Notes under the pieces: generated by a model | What the model was told of the DNA's origin: nothing | Databases searched by the model: none | The model's input: the letters and a program-made list of their open reading frames with translations, nothing else | Assembly: GCF_963921235.1 (NCBI RefSeq) | Contig: NC_086097.1 | Coordinates: 234,300,001 to 234,364,000 of the forward strand | Direction: 5' to 3' | Source: Mobula hypostoma | Taxonomy: Eukaryota | DNA length: 64,000 bases | Translations under genes and position numbers: made by a program | Part shown: piece after piece, positions 51,427 to 62,892 of the stretch | Layout: each line of letters opens with the position of its first letter | Position numbering within the stretch: position 1 is the first letter of the stretch

Positions 51427-54180
51427 TCACACAGAGTGTGGTGAATCTGTGGAATTCTATGCCTCAGGAATCAGTTGAGGCCAGTTCATTTGGCTATATT
51501 TAAGAGGGAGTTAGATATGGCCCTTGTGGCTAAAGGGATCAGAGGGCATGGAGAGAAGGCGGGTACAGGGTTCTAAGTTGGATGATCAGCCATGATCATA
51601 GAAACATAGAAACATAGAAACATAGAAAATAGGTGCAGGAGTAGGCCATTCGGCCCTTCGAGCCTGCACCGCCATTTATTATGATCATGGCTGATCATCC
51701 AACTCAGAACCCCGCCCCAGCCTTCCCTCCATACCCCCTGACCCCCGTAGCCACAAGGGCCATATCTAAATCCCTCTTAAACATAGCCAATGAACTGGCC
51801 TCAACAGTTTGCTGTGGCAGAGAATTCCACAGATTCACCACTCTCTGGGTGAAGAAGATTTTCCTAATCTCGGTCCTAAAAGGCTTCCCCTCTATCCTCA
51901 AACTGTGACCCCTCGTTCTGGACTTCCCCAACATCGGGAACAATCTTCCTGCATCTAGCCTGTCCAATCCCATTAGGATCTTATACGTTTCAATCAGATC
52001 CCCCCTCAATCTTCTAAATTCCAACGAGTACAAGCCCAGTTCATCCAGTCTTTCTTCATATGAAAGTCCTGCCATCCCAGGAATCAATCTGGTGAACCTT
52101 CTTTGTACTCCCTCTATGGCAAAGATGTCTTTCCTCAGATTAGGGGACCAAAACTGCACACAGTACTCCAGGTGTGGTCTCATCAAGGCCTTATACAACT
52201 GCAGTAGTACCTCCCTGCTCCTGTACTCGAATCCTCTCGCTATTAATGCCAGCATACCATTCGCCTTTTTCACCGCCTGCTGTACCTGCATACCCACTTT
52301 CAATGACTGGTGTATAATGACACCCAGGTCTCGTTGCACCTCCCCTTTTCCTTATCGGCCACCATTCAGATAATAATCTGTTTTCCTATTTTTGCCACCA
52401 AAGTGGATAACTTCACATTTATCCACATTAAATTGCATCTGCCATGAGTTTGCCCACTCACCCAACCTATCCAAGTCACCCTGCATTCTCTTAGCATCCT
52501 TCTCACTGCTAACACTGCCACCCAGCTTCGTGTCATCCGCAAACTTGGAGATGCTGCATTTAATTCCCTCATCCAAGTCATTAATATATATTGTAAACAA
52601 CTGGGGTCCCAGCAGTGAGCCTCGCGGTACCCCACTAGTCACCGCCTGCCATTCTGAAAAGGTCCCGTTTATTCCCACTCTTTGCTTCCTGTCTGCTAAC
52701 CAATTCTCCACCCACACCAATACCTTACCCCCAATACCGTGTGCTTTAAGTTTGCACACTAATCTCCTGTGTGGGACCTTGTCAAAAACCTTTTGAAAAT
52801 CCAAATATACCACATCCAGTGGTTCTCCCCTATCCACTCTACTAGTTACATCCTCAAAAAATTCTATGAGATTCGTCAGACATGATTTTCCTTTCATAAA
52901 TCCATGCTGACTTTGTCCGATCATTTCACCGCTTTCCAAATGTGCTGTTATCACATCCTTGATAACTGACTCCAGCAGTTTCCCCACCACCGACGTTAGG
53001 CTAACCGGTCTATAATTCCCCGGTTTCTCTCTCCCTCCTTTTTTAAAAAGTGGGGTTACATTAGCCACCCTCCAATCCTCAGGAACTAGTCCAGAATCTA
53101 ACGAGTTTTGAAAAATTATCACTAATGCATCCACTATTTCTTGGGCTACTTCCTTAAGCACTCTAGGATGCAGACCATCTGGTCCTGGGGATTTATCTGC
53201 CTTCAATCCCTTCAATTTACCTAACACCACTTCCCTACTAACATGTATTTCACTCAGTTCCTCCATCTCACTGGACCCACTGTCCCTTACTATTTCTGGA
53301 AGATTATTTATGTCCTCCTTAGTGAAGACAGAACCAAAGTAATTATTCAGTTGGTCTGCCATGTCCTTGCTCCCCATAATCAATTCACCTGTTTCTGTCT
53401 GCAGGGGACCTACATTTGTCTTTACCAGTCTTTTCCTTTTTACATATCTATAAAAGCTTTTACAGTCCATTTTTATGTTCTCTGCCAGTTTTCTCTCATA
53501 ATCTTTTTTCCCCTTCCGAATTAAGCCCTTTGTCCTCCTCTGCTGAACTCTGAATTTCTCCCAGTCCTCAGGTGAGCCACTTTCTCTGGCTAATTTGTAT
53601 GCTTCTTCTTTGGAATTGATACTATCCCTAATTTCTCTTGTCAGCCACGGGTGCACTACCTTCCTTGATTTATTCTTTTGCCAAACTGGGATGAACAATT
53701 GTTGTAGTTCATCCATGTAACCTTTAAATGCTTGCCATTGCATATCCACCGTCAATCCTTTAAGTGTCATTTACCAGTCTATCTTAGCTAATTCACGTCT
53801 CATACCTTCAAAGTTACCCCTCTTTAAGTTCAGAACCTTTGTTTCTGAATTAACTATGTCATTCTCCATCTTAATGAAGAATTCCACCATATTATGGTCA
53901 CTCTTACCCAAGGGGCCTCTCACGACAAGATCGCTAATTAACCCTTCCTCATTGCTCAAAACCCAGTCCAGAATAGCCTGCTCTCTTGTTGGTTCCTCGA
54001 CATGTTGGTTCAAAAAACCATCCCGCATACATTCCAAGAAATCCTCTTCCTCAGCACCTTTACCAATTTGGTTCACCCAGTCTACATGTAGATTGAAGTC
54101 ACCCATTATAACTGAATGGCAGTGCAGGCTCGAAGGGCCGAATGGCCTACTCCTGCACTTATTTTCTATGTTTCTATGTT
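51427..54180 (+). mobile_element. Short young CR1 3' fragment split into 51427-51600 and 54112-54180
   Basis: Halves rejoin as CATGATCATA|CTGAATGGC, matching the family 3'UTR. Confidence 0.88.
51597..54111 (-). mobile_element. Young CR1, longest copy of its family (end of APE + RT)
   Basis: ORFs 53771-54106, 52352-53770 and 51704-52339 are separated only by point stops. Confidence 0.97.
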
Positions 54181-54780
54181 TACCTATCCAGGAGTCTCTT
54201 AAAAGTCCCTATTGTTTCTGCCTCCACCACCACCGCCAGCAGCCCATTCCATGCACTCATCATTCTCTGTGTGAAAACTTACCCCTAACATCTCCTCTGT
54301 ACCTACTTCCAAGCACCTTAAAACTGTGCCCTCTCATGTTAGCCATTTCATCCCTGGGAAAAAGCCTCTGACTAGCCACATGATCAATGCCTCTCATTAC
54401 ACTTCTATCAGGTCGTTGAATGTATTTAAGGCAAAGCTTAAAAAGTTTTTGATTGGAAATGGCATCAAAGGATATTGCTAGAAGGCCATGATGTGGGGCT
54501 GAGGAGGAGGAGAAAAGGTTCAGCCATGATTGAATGGTGGAGCAGACTCGATAGGCCAAATGGCCTAATTCTGCTACAATGTCTTATCATTTTATGGAAA
54601 GCACTATATCCTTTTTCACCTTTTTAATATACTTATCATGTCCTCCAAACCTTAAAGGAAAACAAATGGTTTATGAAGGAGCAGTACAGAAAACAAACTA
54701 ATACTTATCATGCTCTGAATGAATTCTTCTGTAAAATGCCCAAGGGAACCACAGACCCCAAAATTTTTATGCAGATTTCT

Positions 54781-55005
54781 CTATCACTCCCTGCTCTCTC
54801 CCTCCCTCTCTCTCCTCCTTCTCCTCCTCTCTCCCACTCCCTCCCACTCTCGCCCCTCTCTTCCCTCTCTTCCTCCCTCTATCCCCCTCTCCTCCTCTCT
54901 CCCCCTCTCTCTTCTGCCCCCTCTCTTTTTCCCTCTCTCTCTCTTTCTCTCTCCATCTCTCTCCCCTGTCTCTCCCCCTCTCTTTTTTTCCCTCTCTCTG
55001 TCCCT
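54781..55005 (+). repeat. CT-rich polypyrimidine low-complexity tract
   Basis: About 225 bp, almost all C/T. Confidence 0.95.
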
Positions 55006-55967
55006 CGCAACAAACTTGTCCAACTCTTATAATTAGCACTGGGCATGACCTAGCCTGTGAAAATACTCCCCTTGCACAAAGAGAGTGCCCCTTATACCCA
55101 TCAAAACTGGAAAATTGCTCTTACCCTAGAACTTTCCCATCATAAGGAACCGTTTGGCATCTGAACCTGCACAATGATCTCACCTTCTTTAGACAAATAT
55201 GTATTCATCATTATCTACTCTCAAGACTGTATACTTTCACTTTCTCAAAATTGTCCCACTTCAGGCTAACACCTGCTTGCGTTACTGACTTCCATGTTAT
55301 TTAGCGCAGACCAAGGAGGAGTCACAGTTATTTCTTTTCCGACAGTTATTTCAAATTGATGGAAAAATAAATTTGATCCAGACACATTAATTATTCATAC
55401 AATAGTCTAGAGAGTGCTCACAACAATCACTGCAAAGTAGTCACAACATTTTGCTTCTTCTGCAATTCTGCGGTCTGAAGTTTAATCCATTGCCACCCAT
55501 TTTACATGTGCAACTAGACATAGAAATGATTTAATTCAGATTAGAGCACTCCGGCAATCATCAGAAAACTGGCCCAGACACTTCCGTGTGCAATTCACCT
55601 CAGTCTGGCCAACAATTTCCCAGCATCAGTGATATACCTAATGATGCAACCAGTAGCGCAACATAAATTTGCTCCCTTAACAAAATCAACTGTATGACAT
55701 TCATTAAACAGTCACACACAAATTAAGATCACATTGTGCTGAGAACATCCAATTATACATCAATTAGTGGATCTCCAGCCTGACATCAATATTTTGTATA
55801 CAGCATCTGCCAGCCTGAGTTTTCAGTGGTTGTCCCCCTCATTGATACCACTGTTGGACCATGCCGTGATATCTCTTTTCTCAATGTTTCTGCAAACTAA
55901 TAGTGATGTGGAGCAAATCCATAACACAAGACTCGATCATGACAGACTGTTATTGGCAAAATCACAG

Positions 55968-57908
55968 ATAGAAACATAGAAACATAGAAAATAGGTGCAG
56001 GAGTAGGCCATTCGGCCCTTCGAGCCTGCACCGCCATTCAGTATGATCATGGCTGATCATCCAACCCAGAACCCTGTACCAGCCTTCCCTCCATACCCCC
56101 GATCCCTTCAACCACAAAGGCCATATCTAACTTCCTCTTTAATATAGCCAATGAACTGGCCTCAACTGTTTCCTATGGCAGAGAATTCCACAGATTCACC
56201 ACTCTCTGTGTGAAGAAGTTTTTCCTAATCTTGGTCCTAAAAGGCTTCCCCTTTATCCTCAAACTGTGACCCCTCGTTCTGGACTTCCCCAACATCGGGA
56301 ACAATCTTCCTGCATCTAAGCCTATCCAATTCCTTTAGGATTTTATACGTTTCAATCAGATCCCCCCTCAATCTTCTAAATTCCAACGAGTATAAGCCTA
56401 CATCATCCAGTCTTTCATCATATGTAAGTCTTGCCATCCCAGGAATCAATCTGGTGAACCTTCTTTGTACTCCCTCTATGGCAAAGATGTCTTTCCTCAG
56501 ATTAGGGGACCAAAACTGCACACAATACTCCAGGTGTGGTCTCACCAAGGCCTTATACAACTGCAGTAGTACCTCCCTGCTCCTGTACTCAAATCCTCTT
56601 GCTATAAACGCCAGCATACCATTCGCCTTTTTCACCGCCTGCTGTACCTGCATGCCCACTTTCAATGACTGGTGTATAATGACACCCAGGTCTCGTTGCA
56701 CCTCCCCTTTTCCTAATCGGCCACCATTCAGATAATAATCTGTTTTCCTATTTTTGCCACCAAAGTGGATAACTTCACATTTATCCACATTAAATTGCAT
56801 CTGCCATGAATTTGCCCACTCACCCAACCTATCCAAGTCACCCTGCATCATTTTAGCATCCTCCTCACAGCTAACACTGCCGCCCAACTTCGTGTCATCC
56901 GCAAACTTGGAGATGCTGCATTTAATTCCCTCATCCAAGTCATTAATATATATTGTAAACAACTGGGGTCCCAGCACTGAGCCTTGCGGTACCCCACTAG
57001 TCACTGCTTGCCATTCTGAAAAGGTTCCGTTTATTCCCACTCTTTGCTTCCTGTCTGCCAACCAATTCTCTATCCACATCAATACCTTACCCCCAATACC
57101 GTGTGCTTTAAGTTTGCACACTAATCTCCTGTGTGGGACCTTGTCAAAAGCCTTTTGAAAATCCAAATATACCACATCCACTGGTTCTCCCCTATCCACT
57201 CTACTAGTTACATCCTCAAAAAATTCTATGAGTTTCGTCAGACATGATTTTCCTTTCACAAATCCATGCTGACTTTGTCTGATGATTTCACCGCTTTCCA
57301 AATGTGCTATTATCACATCTTTGATAACTGACTCTAACAGTTTCCCCACCACCGATGTTAGGCTAACCGGTCTATAATTCCCTGGTTTCTCTCTCCGTCT
57401 TTTTTTAAAAAGTGGGGTTACATTAGCCACACTCCAATCCTCAGGAACTAGTCCAGAATCTAACGAGTTTTGAAAAATTATCACTAATGCATCCACTATT
57501 TCTTGGGCTACTTCCTTAAGCACTCTAGGATGCAGACCAGCTGGCCCTGGGGATTTATCTGCCTTTAATCCGTTCAATTTACCTAACACCACTTTCCTAC
57601 TAACATGTATTTCGCTCAGTTCCTCCATCTCACTGGACCCTCTGTCCCCTACTATTTCCGGAAGATTATTTATGTCTTCCTTAGTGAAGACAGAACCAAA
57701 GTAATTATTCAATTGGTCTGTTATGTCCTTGCTCCCCATAATCAATTCACCTGTTTCTGTCTGTAGGAGATCTACATTTGTCTTTACCAATCTTTTTCTT
57801 TTCACATATCTATGAAAGCTTTTACAGTCAGTTTTTATGTTCCCTGCCAGTTTTCTCTCATAATCTTTTTTCCCCTTCCTAATTAAGCCCCTTGTCCTCC
57901 TCTGCTGA
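55968..57908 (-). mobile_element. Young CR1, 5'-truncated
   Basis: 579-aa ORF 56237-57976; tail at 55968. Confidence 0.97.
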
Positions 57909-58375
57909 TGCCAAGGAGGCATGCAGGAGAGAGCTAGATCAGCTGGTTGAGTGGAGCTGCAACAGCAACCTTGCACTTAAGATTAGTAAGATTAAAGAAT
58001 TATTGGTGGACTTGAGGAAGGGGAAGTTGAGGGAAAACACACCAGTTCTCATCGATGAATCAACCGTGGAAAAGGTGAACAATTTCAATTTCATAGGTGC
58101 AACATCTTTGAAGATATATGCTTGACCCAACATATTGATGCAGTTATCAAGAACGCTTGACTGTGGTTATATTTCATTCAGAATTTGAGGAGATTTTGTA
58201 AGTCGCCAAAGACGCCAGCAAAATTTCTACAGATGTACCATGGAGAGCATTTTGACTGGTTGCATCACCCTTTGATAATTATTACATAAATACATATTTG
58301 TTGTGTTATATATTGCACTGTATGTTGCTGCAAAACAACATATTTCACTTTTACTGTCAGTGATAATAAACACTG
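57905..58375 (+). mobile_element. Decayed Rex1/Babar fragment
   Basis: LVEWSCNSNLALKISKIKELLVDLRK; ESILTGCIT. Confidence 0.82.
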
Positions 58376-58379
58376 ACAG

Positions 58380-58575
58380 CAGGTTTAATACCTGCTGCTG
58401 TTTGTAAGGAGTTTGTACGTTCTCCCTGTGGGTTTTTTCGATGCTCTCCAGTGTTGCTCCCACATTCTAAAGACGTATAGTTTAAAATGGTTAATTGGTT
58501 ACATGGGTGTAACTCGGAGGTGCAGGTTCATTGGGCCAGAAAAGCCTGTTACCGTGCTGTATCTCTAAGTAAACT
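58380..58575 (+). mobile_element. SINE fragment
   Basis: GTAAGGAGTTTGTACGTTCTCCCTGTG core and family 3' end. Confidence 0.7.
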
Positions 58576-59392
58576 AGAAAGATGTTACTTGTGATGTAAT
58601 ATAAAACATTGAAAGATTAGGGCAGCTTTGGTTACAATATTGTGGTATATAAACTTTATTACTTATTCTAGTCCACTGCCAATAATTTGCCAAAGTGAGT
58701 CATCTGCCCGTGATGAGGTCCATGGGTTGGATATTTTCTTCACCTCTCATCTCCTATTAGTTCTATACAGCAGATTGCTGGTTTGGCAAATTAATAACGC
58801 TGCAATGAGAACAACAGGGCATCTGAGATATACAATGGAGCTAATAGTTTATCTCCTTAATTAATGGCATTTAAGAATTTAATGGCTTAGGGAACTCTGA
58901 AATGTCAGTTTGGATGGTTTATCACTGCAGTAAAATGCTTAGTTCTGAGGTTTTTTCATGTATAACATCTCACATAAACGTGAATACTTTCTGCTCAGGA
59001 TACCTCCCTCACTTTTTAATATATATAATTTGTTTTTTACACTTTTTTAATCTATTTAGTAGAAGTATACTGTAATTGATTTACTCATTTTATTCTTCGA
59101 TATTTTGTATTGCATTGAACTGCTGCTGCTGTTAATAAATTTCCTGACACATGCCAGTGATAATAAACCTGACTGTGATTCTTTTGGTTTATTCATGAAA
59201 ATCATAAATCAAGACAGCTGACTCCCAAACAAAAGAGCCCAGAGCTTTCTCTGTCATCTAGTGAGACTGTCTCTGATCAATAGCCCCACCCATATAGCTG
59301 CTTTACCCTCCATATCCTTGATTTCTTTGTTTAACAAAAATGCAACTGTCAGCTTTTAATCTGATAATTGACATACAGTAGTCCCAATTACT

Positions 59393-59900
59393 TGTAGGGC
59401 TGTCAGTAATACTAGACGGACTGTTAAATGTTAATCGCTTATTATCAAAACGGCTTCTCGTACTGTTAACTGCTGTTCTCTGTAACAGCAATGTTTGGGT
59501 TATAAAATGTGATAATGGAAACTGTGTTTATTTGTTAGCCAATGGAAGTCATGTTCTGTTATCTTGTATATGTGTGCTGAGTTGAGGAGCGTGGGCTTTG
59601 TTGGGAGGTGAGCAGAGAGGACGGATGTGTGAGGAACGGACAGCGGTTCCCGGGCGGCGGACACTGGACCTCGGGGGTTCGGAGGGTGGCCAGAGTCTCG
59701 GAAGGACATTGTGGATGGAATCGGAGGCGTGAGCTCCAATGCATTAAAATATTATGTGCACAAGACTGATAAGTTACTTATGTGGCGCCTTTTCTTTTAG
59801 TTGTTGCTACTAACCCATGACTAAAATTTGCTATAAAGTATAATTCTTTACTAACACAAAATAATCTGCAGATGCTGGGGTCAAAGCAACACTCACAACA
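59393..59900 (+). repeat. 5' LTR of the Gypsy element
   Basis: TGT start; layout like 46181-46830; ACA immediately before the PBS. Confidence 0.75.
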
Positions 59901-59903
59901 TTT

Positions 59904-59916
59904 TGGGGGCTTGTCC
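59904..59916 (+). promoter_or_regulatory. Primer-binding site, tRNA-Pro
   Basis: TGGGGGCTTGTCC vs canonical TGGGGGCTCGTCCGGGAT. Confidence 0.8.
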
Positions 59917-59973
59917 CACTGATTTGAATTCTGTCAGGATAAGGGGTAAGTCGCCCGGGTTAATTTAGAAGGG

Positions 59974-61334
59974 ATGGATGCGGATAAGATCGAACTTTGG
60001 TGTGAGATCGAGGATGTCCTGGTTACTTATGCCTGCGTGTTAAGTGGGGTGGATATACGTACCCCGGACGATGTGTTAATTCGATGTTTGAATACGGTCA
60101 GAGCTGTCAGTAAGTTTGAGATTGTAAGCAAAAAGATTGGTAAAACGGGGGACTCAGCCTTTGTGCTGATACAGACGGGTGCTGACGTCAAGGAATTGGG
60201 ACTGCCCCAGTCTATCGGTGACGTAGGTGAGGCGGGGCCATGGGGCGTGCACGCTGTCACGGAGGAAGGGTCTGATGGGACACCAGAGGAGTTGCCCGAA
60301 GCTAGGGGCGGAGATTTTAGAGGGCGGGTCCAATTGTTTTTGAAGGATGAAGGAAGGGAGTGGTCAGATTTGGAGAATGTAATTAGTTCTCACTCCCCAC
60401 GGAAGGGGGAGGGCTCTGATTTGGCCTCAGCCATTAACTCTTTGGTGAACCGGGCGGTGGGTCCGCGACAGAAGATAAGAATTTTCTCAGGGAGGGTACC
60501 CATCCCCGATAGGGAGGATGATTATGAGTCCTGGGTAGAACATACCTCTCAGTTGTTAGGTGAGTGGCAGTGTTCTGAGGAGGAGAAGCGGCTAGATTGG
60601 GGGACAGTTTGAGAGGGGCGGCAGCTGAGGTGGTAAAAGGGGTGAGAGTTAATCAGCCCCTGGCTTCTTGGAGGGAGTGTCTAGTCGCCCTAGAGGAGGC
60701 GTTTGGGCTGACAGGAAGCCCGGTGGAGCTTTTAGAGGGGATTCAGAATCTGCATTAGGAGAAAGGGGAGAAGCTTTCTGAGTATCTACTCCGACTTGAG
60801 CGTAGGCTAAATTGCTTGAGGCGCCGGGCAGTCATTTTGCCAGTTGATGTGGATCGGATGAGGATCGACCAGGTAGTCAGGGGCATGCAGAGACATGATG
60901 TGATCGCTAAGAGCCTCCGGCAGTCTCGTAGAATGTGTCCCCCCCTGTCTTTTGTTCAGTTGCTTGGAAAGGTAAGGGAGGAGGAGGACAAATTGGAAGC
61001 AGAAGAAGGCTCCGTTAACAAGGTACAGTCCTCATTAGTAGCTCCTTGTGGAGAAATGACTGGGGCCAGCTCCATGCGGGAGACACATAAGGGGGTTGCA
61101 GCAGGTGGGGTCCCTCCGTGGGAGGGGACTAGCGGAGAAGGCCCCTCCCAGAAGGGACGGATGGCACTGGCACCAGGCGGAGGCCGGGGTCCTGCAAGGT
61201 GAGGCCTGTGCTATAACTGTGGGGAAGAGGGGCACTTCAGGCAGGAATGTGAACAGCAGGGAGCCCCTCGGAGGGAGAGTCCCCGGGTGTCCCAACAAGA
61301 AGGGGGGTCTGGAAACTTAGAAGAGACTCAGTGA
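59974..61334 (+). pseudogene. gag: PNMA-like gag with a CCHC zinc knuckle (frameshift and stops)
   Basis: KIRIFSGRVPIP..EDDYESWVEH; CYNCGEEGHFRQEC at 61209-61250. Confidence 0.88.
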
Positions 61335-61985
61335 GGGAATGGACTGGAGTCTCTGGGAAAATACGTTCCCAACAATATGCCACGGGGCCCTCGAGTGGAA
61401 AAGACCCTATCCCAGGACTGGTGGGAGCCCAACCCTGCGTGTCGATACGGATAAAAGGGATAGATGCAAAAGCCATTCTCGACACAGGGTCGCAGGTCAC
61501 ATTACTGTACCAGTCGTTCTACAATCAGTATCTGGTGCATTTACCCCTGACACCTTTCAGTGCACTGGAGATTTGGGGCGTCAGTGATGGTGATTACCCA
61601 TACGATGGCTATTTGTCTGTGAACCTGGAGTTCCTGGAAGCTGAGGTGGGGGTGTCTGAGGCTCATGAGGCCCTGGTACTGGTTTGCCCAGAACCCGGTG
61701 AGACTGGAGGTGTGTCAATTCTGGTGGGGACCAACACCTCTATTGTGTGGAGACTCCTGGGAGCCTGTAAGGAGAAGGCAGGTGAAGACTTTTTGGAGAC
61801 CCTGTCAGTGCACCCAGTATTCCAAGCTGTTTTTGAGGAAGCATGATGTCACCCTGGGCTGGACGCGGCGTGTGAACGAGGCACTGTGTGGTGTGCCCAG
61901 TCGAAGACCAGGGTGGTGTGGCTGGGTGAAGTAGCGAGAGTGATGAGGATCCCTAGATTCCCGGGGGTGTCTGAGGATGAAGCTC
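61310..61985 (+). pseudogene. pol: Gypsy aspartic protease region (pol start, -1 frame relative to gag)
   Basis: AILDTGSQVTL; ILVGTN; TGGAAAC slippery-like site at 61310-61316. Confidence 0.9.
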
Positions 61986-62892
61986 TTACCATTTCTGTGG
62001 ATGATTGGGGGCAGATTTTACAATTAGTTAATACTTCCTCTATTTGTGCTAAACATTCCCTAATTCAATTTAAAGTGGTTCATAGAGCACATATGTCCAA
62101 AGATAAGTTAGCGCGTTTTTACTCGCATATTAATCCTTTCTGTGATAGATGTTCGGGGCAGATAGCCTCTTTAACTCATATGTTTTGGTCTTGCCCTACT
62201 TTGGAAACTTTTTGGAGAGATATTTTCAATATTATTTCTAAGGTATTAAATATAGATATCTCTCCTCACCCTATTACTGCTATCTTTGGACTACCTAAAA
62301 TTTCTAGTAATCTTTCCCCTTCAGCCCGTAGAATGATTGCATTTCTTACTTTAATGGCGAAAAGATGTATTTTACAACATTGGAAAGAGCTTAATGCTCC
62401 AACTACCTTTTTTTGGTTTTCTCAGACGATTTTATGTTTGAATCTGGAGAAAATTAGAAGTAACCTTTATGATTCTTCATTTAAATTTGAACAGATTTGG
62501 GGACCTTTTATTCGATATTTTCATTTAATGTAATATTTACCCTTCTTGTTTTTTCTTCACTGTTTTAATGGAGGTCGGGATTGAGGACGTGATTTTAAGT
62601 TTAACTCTGTTTGGTTTCAAGTTAGCCCATTGCTTTGCTTTGCTTTTAGTTAGTTGCACGGTGGGTTTTTTTTTGGGGTTTTTTTTTCTTTTTTTTTCCA
62701 TTGATATATATAAAATCTAGTATACTATTATGTTATCTTGGTTTCTTATGCTTAAATTACATTGTTTGTAGTATTTTCTTTTTGGTATTGTTATCTTTTG
62801 GAATTTTATTATACTTTAACATTGTATTAATGTTTATATGGCTTACCTTTTTTGTATACTTACTCAATAAAAAGATTTAAAAAGAAAGAAAG
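61986..62892 (+). mobile_element. L1-clade LINE 3' fragment inserted in Gypsy pol
   Basis: Open ORF2 C-terminus IQFKVVHRAH...CDRC...LTHMFWSCP, stop at 62533; T-rich 3'UTR; AATAAA and A-rich tail. Confidence 0.92.

Larger units (their letters stand above)
51298..54410 (-). mobile_element. Short CR1 3' fragment split into 51298-51426 and 54181-54410
   Basis: Tail at 51298; TACCT duplication; ORF 54260 MRGIDHVASQRLFPR. Confidence 0.85.
47515..54592 (+). mobile_element. Long old CR1 (ORF1 SGNH-esterase relic, ORF2, 3'UTR) hosting several insertions
   Basis: VIRDSIV, IGTNGI and DGLHLN esterase motifs at 47790-48260; LYLNAQSIRNK, ITESWL, YRPP; 3' end at 54411-54592. Confidence 0.9.

Noticed and set aside
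54673..55039. Ser/Pro/Leu-rich and Arg/Glu/Gly-rich ORFs
   Set aside because: Translations of the CT low-complexity tract.
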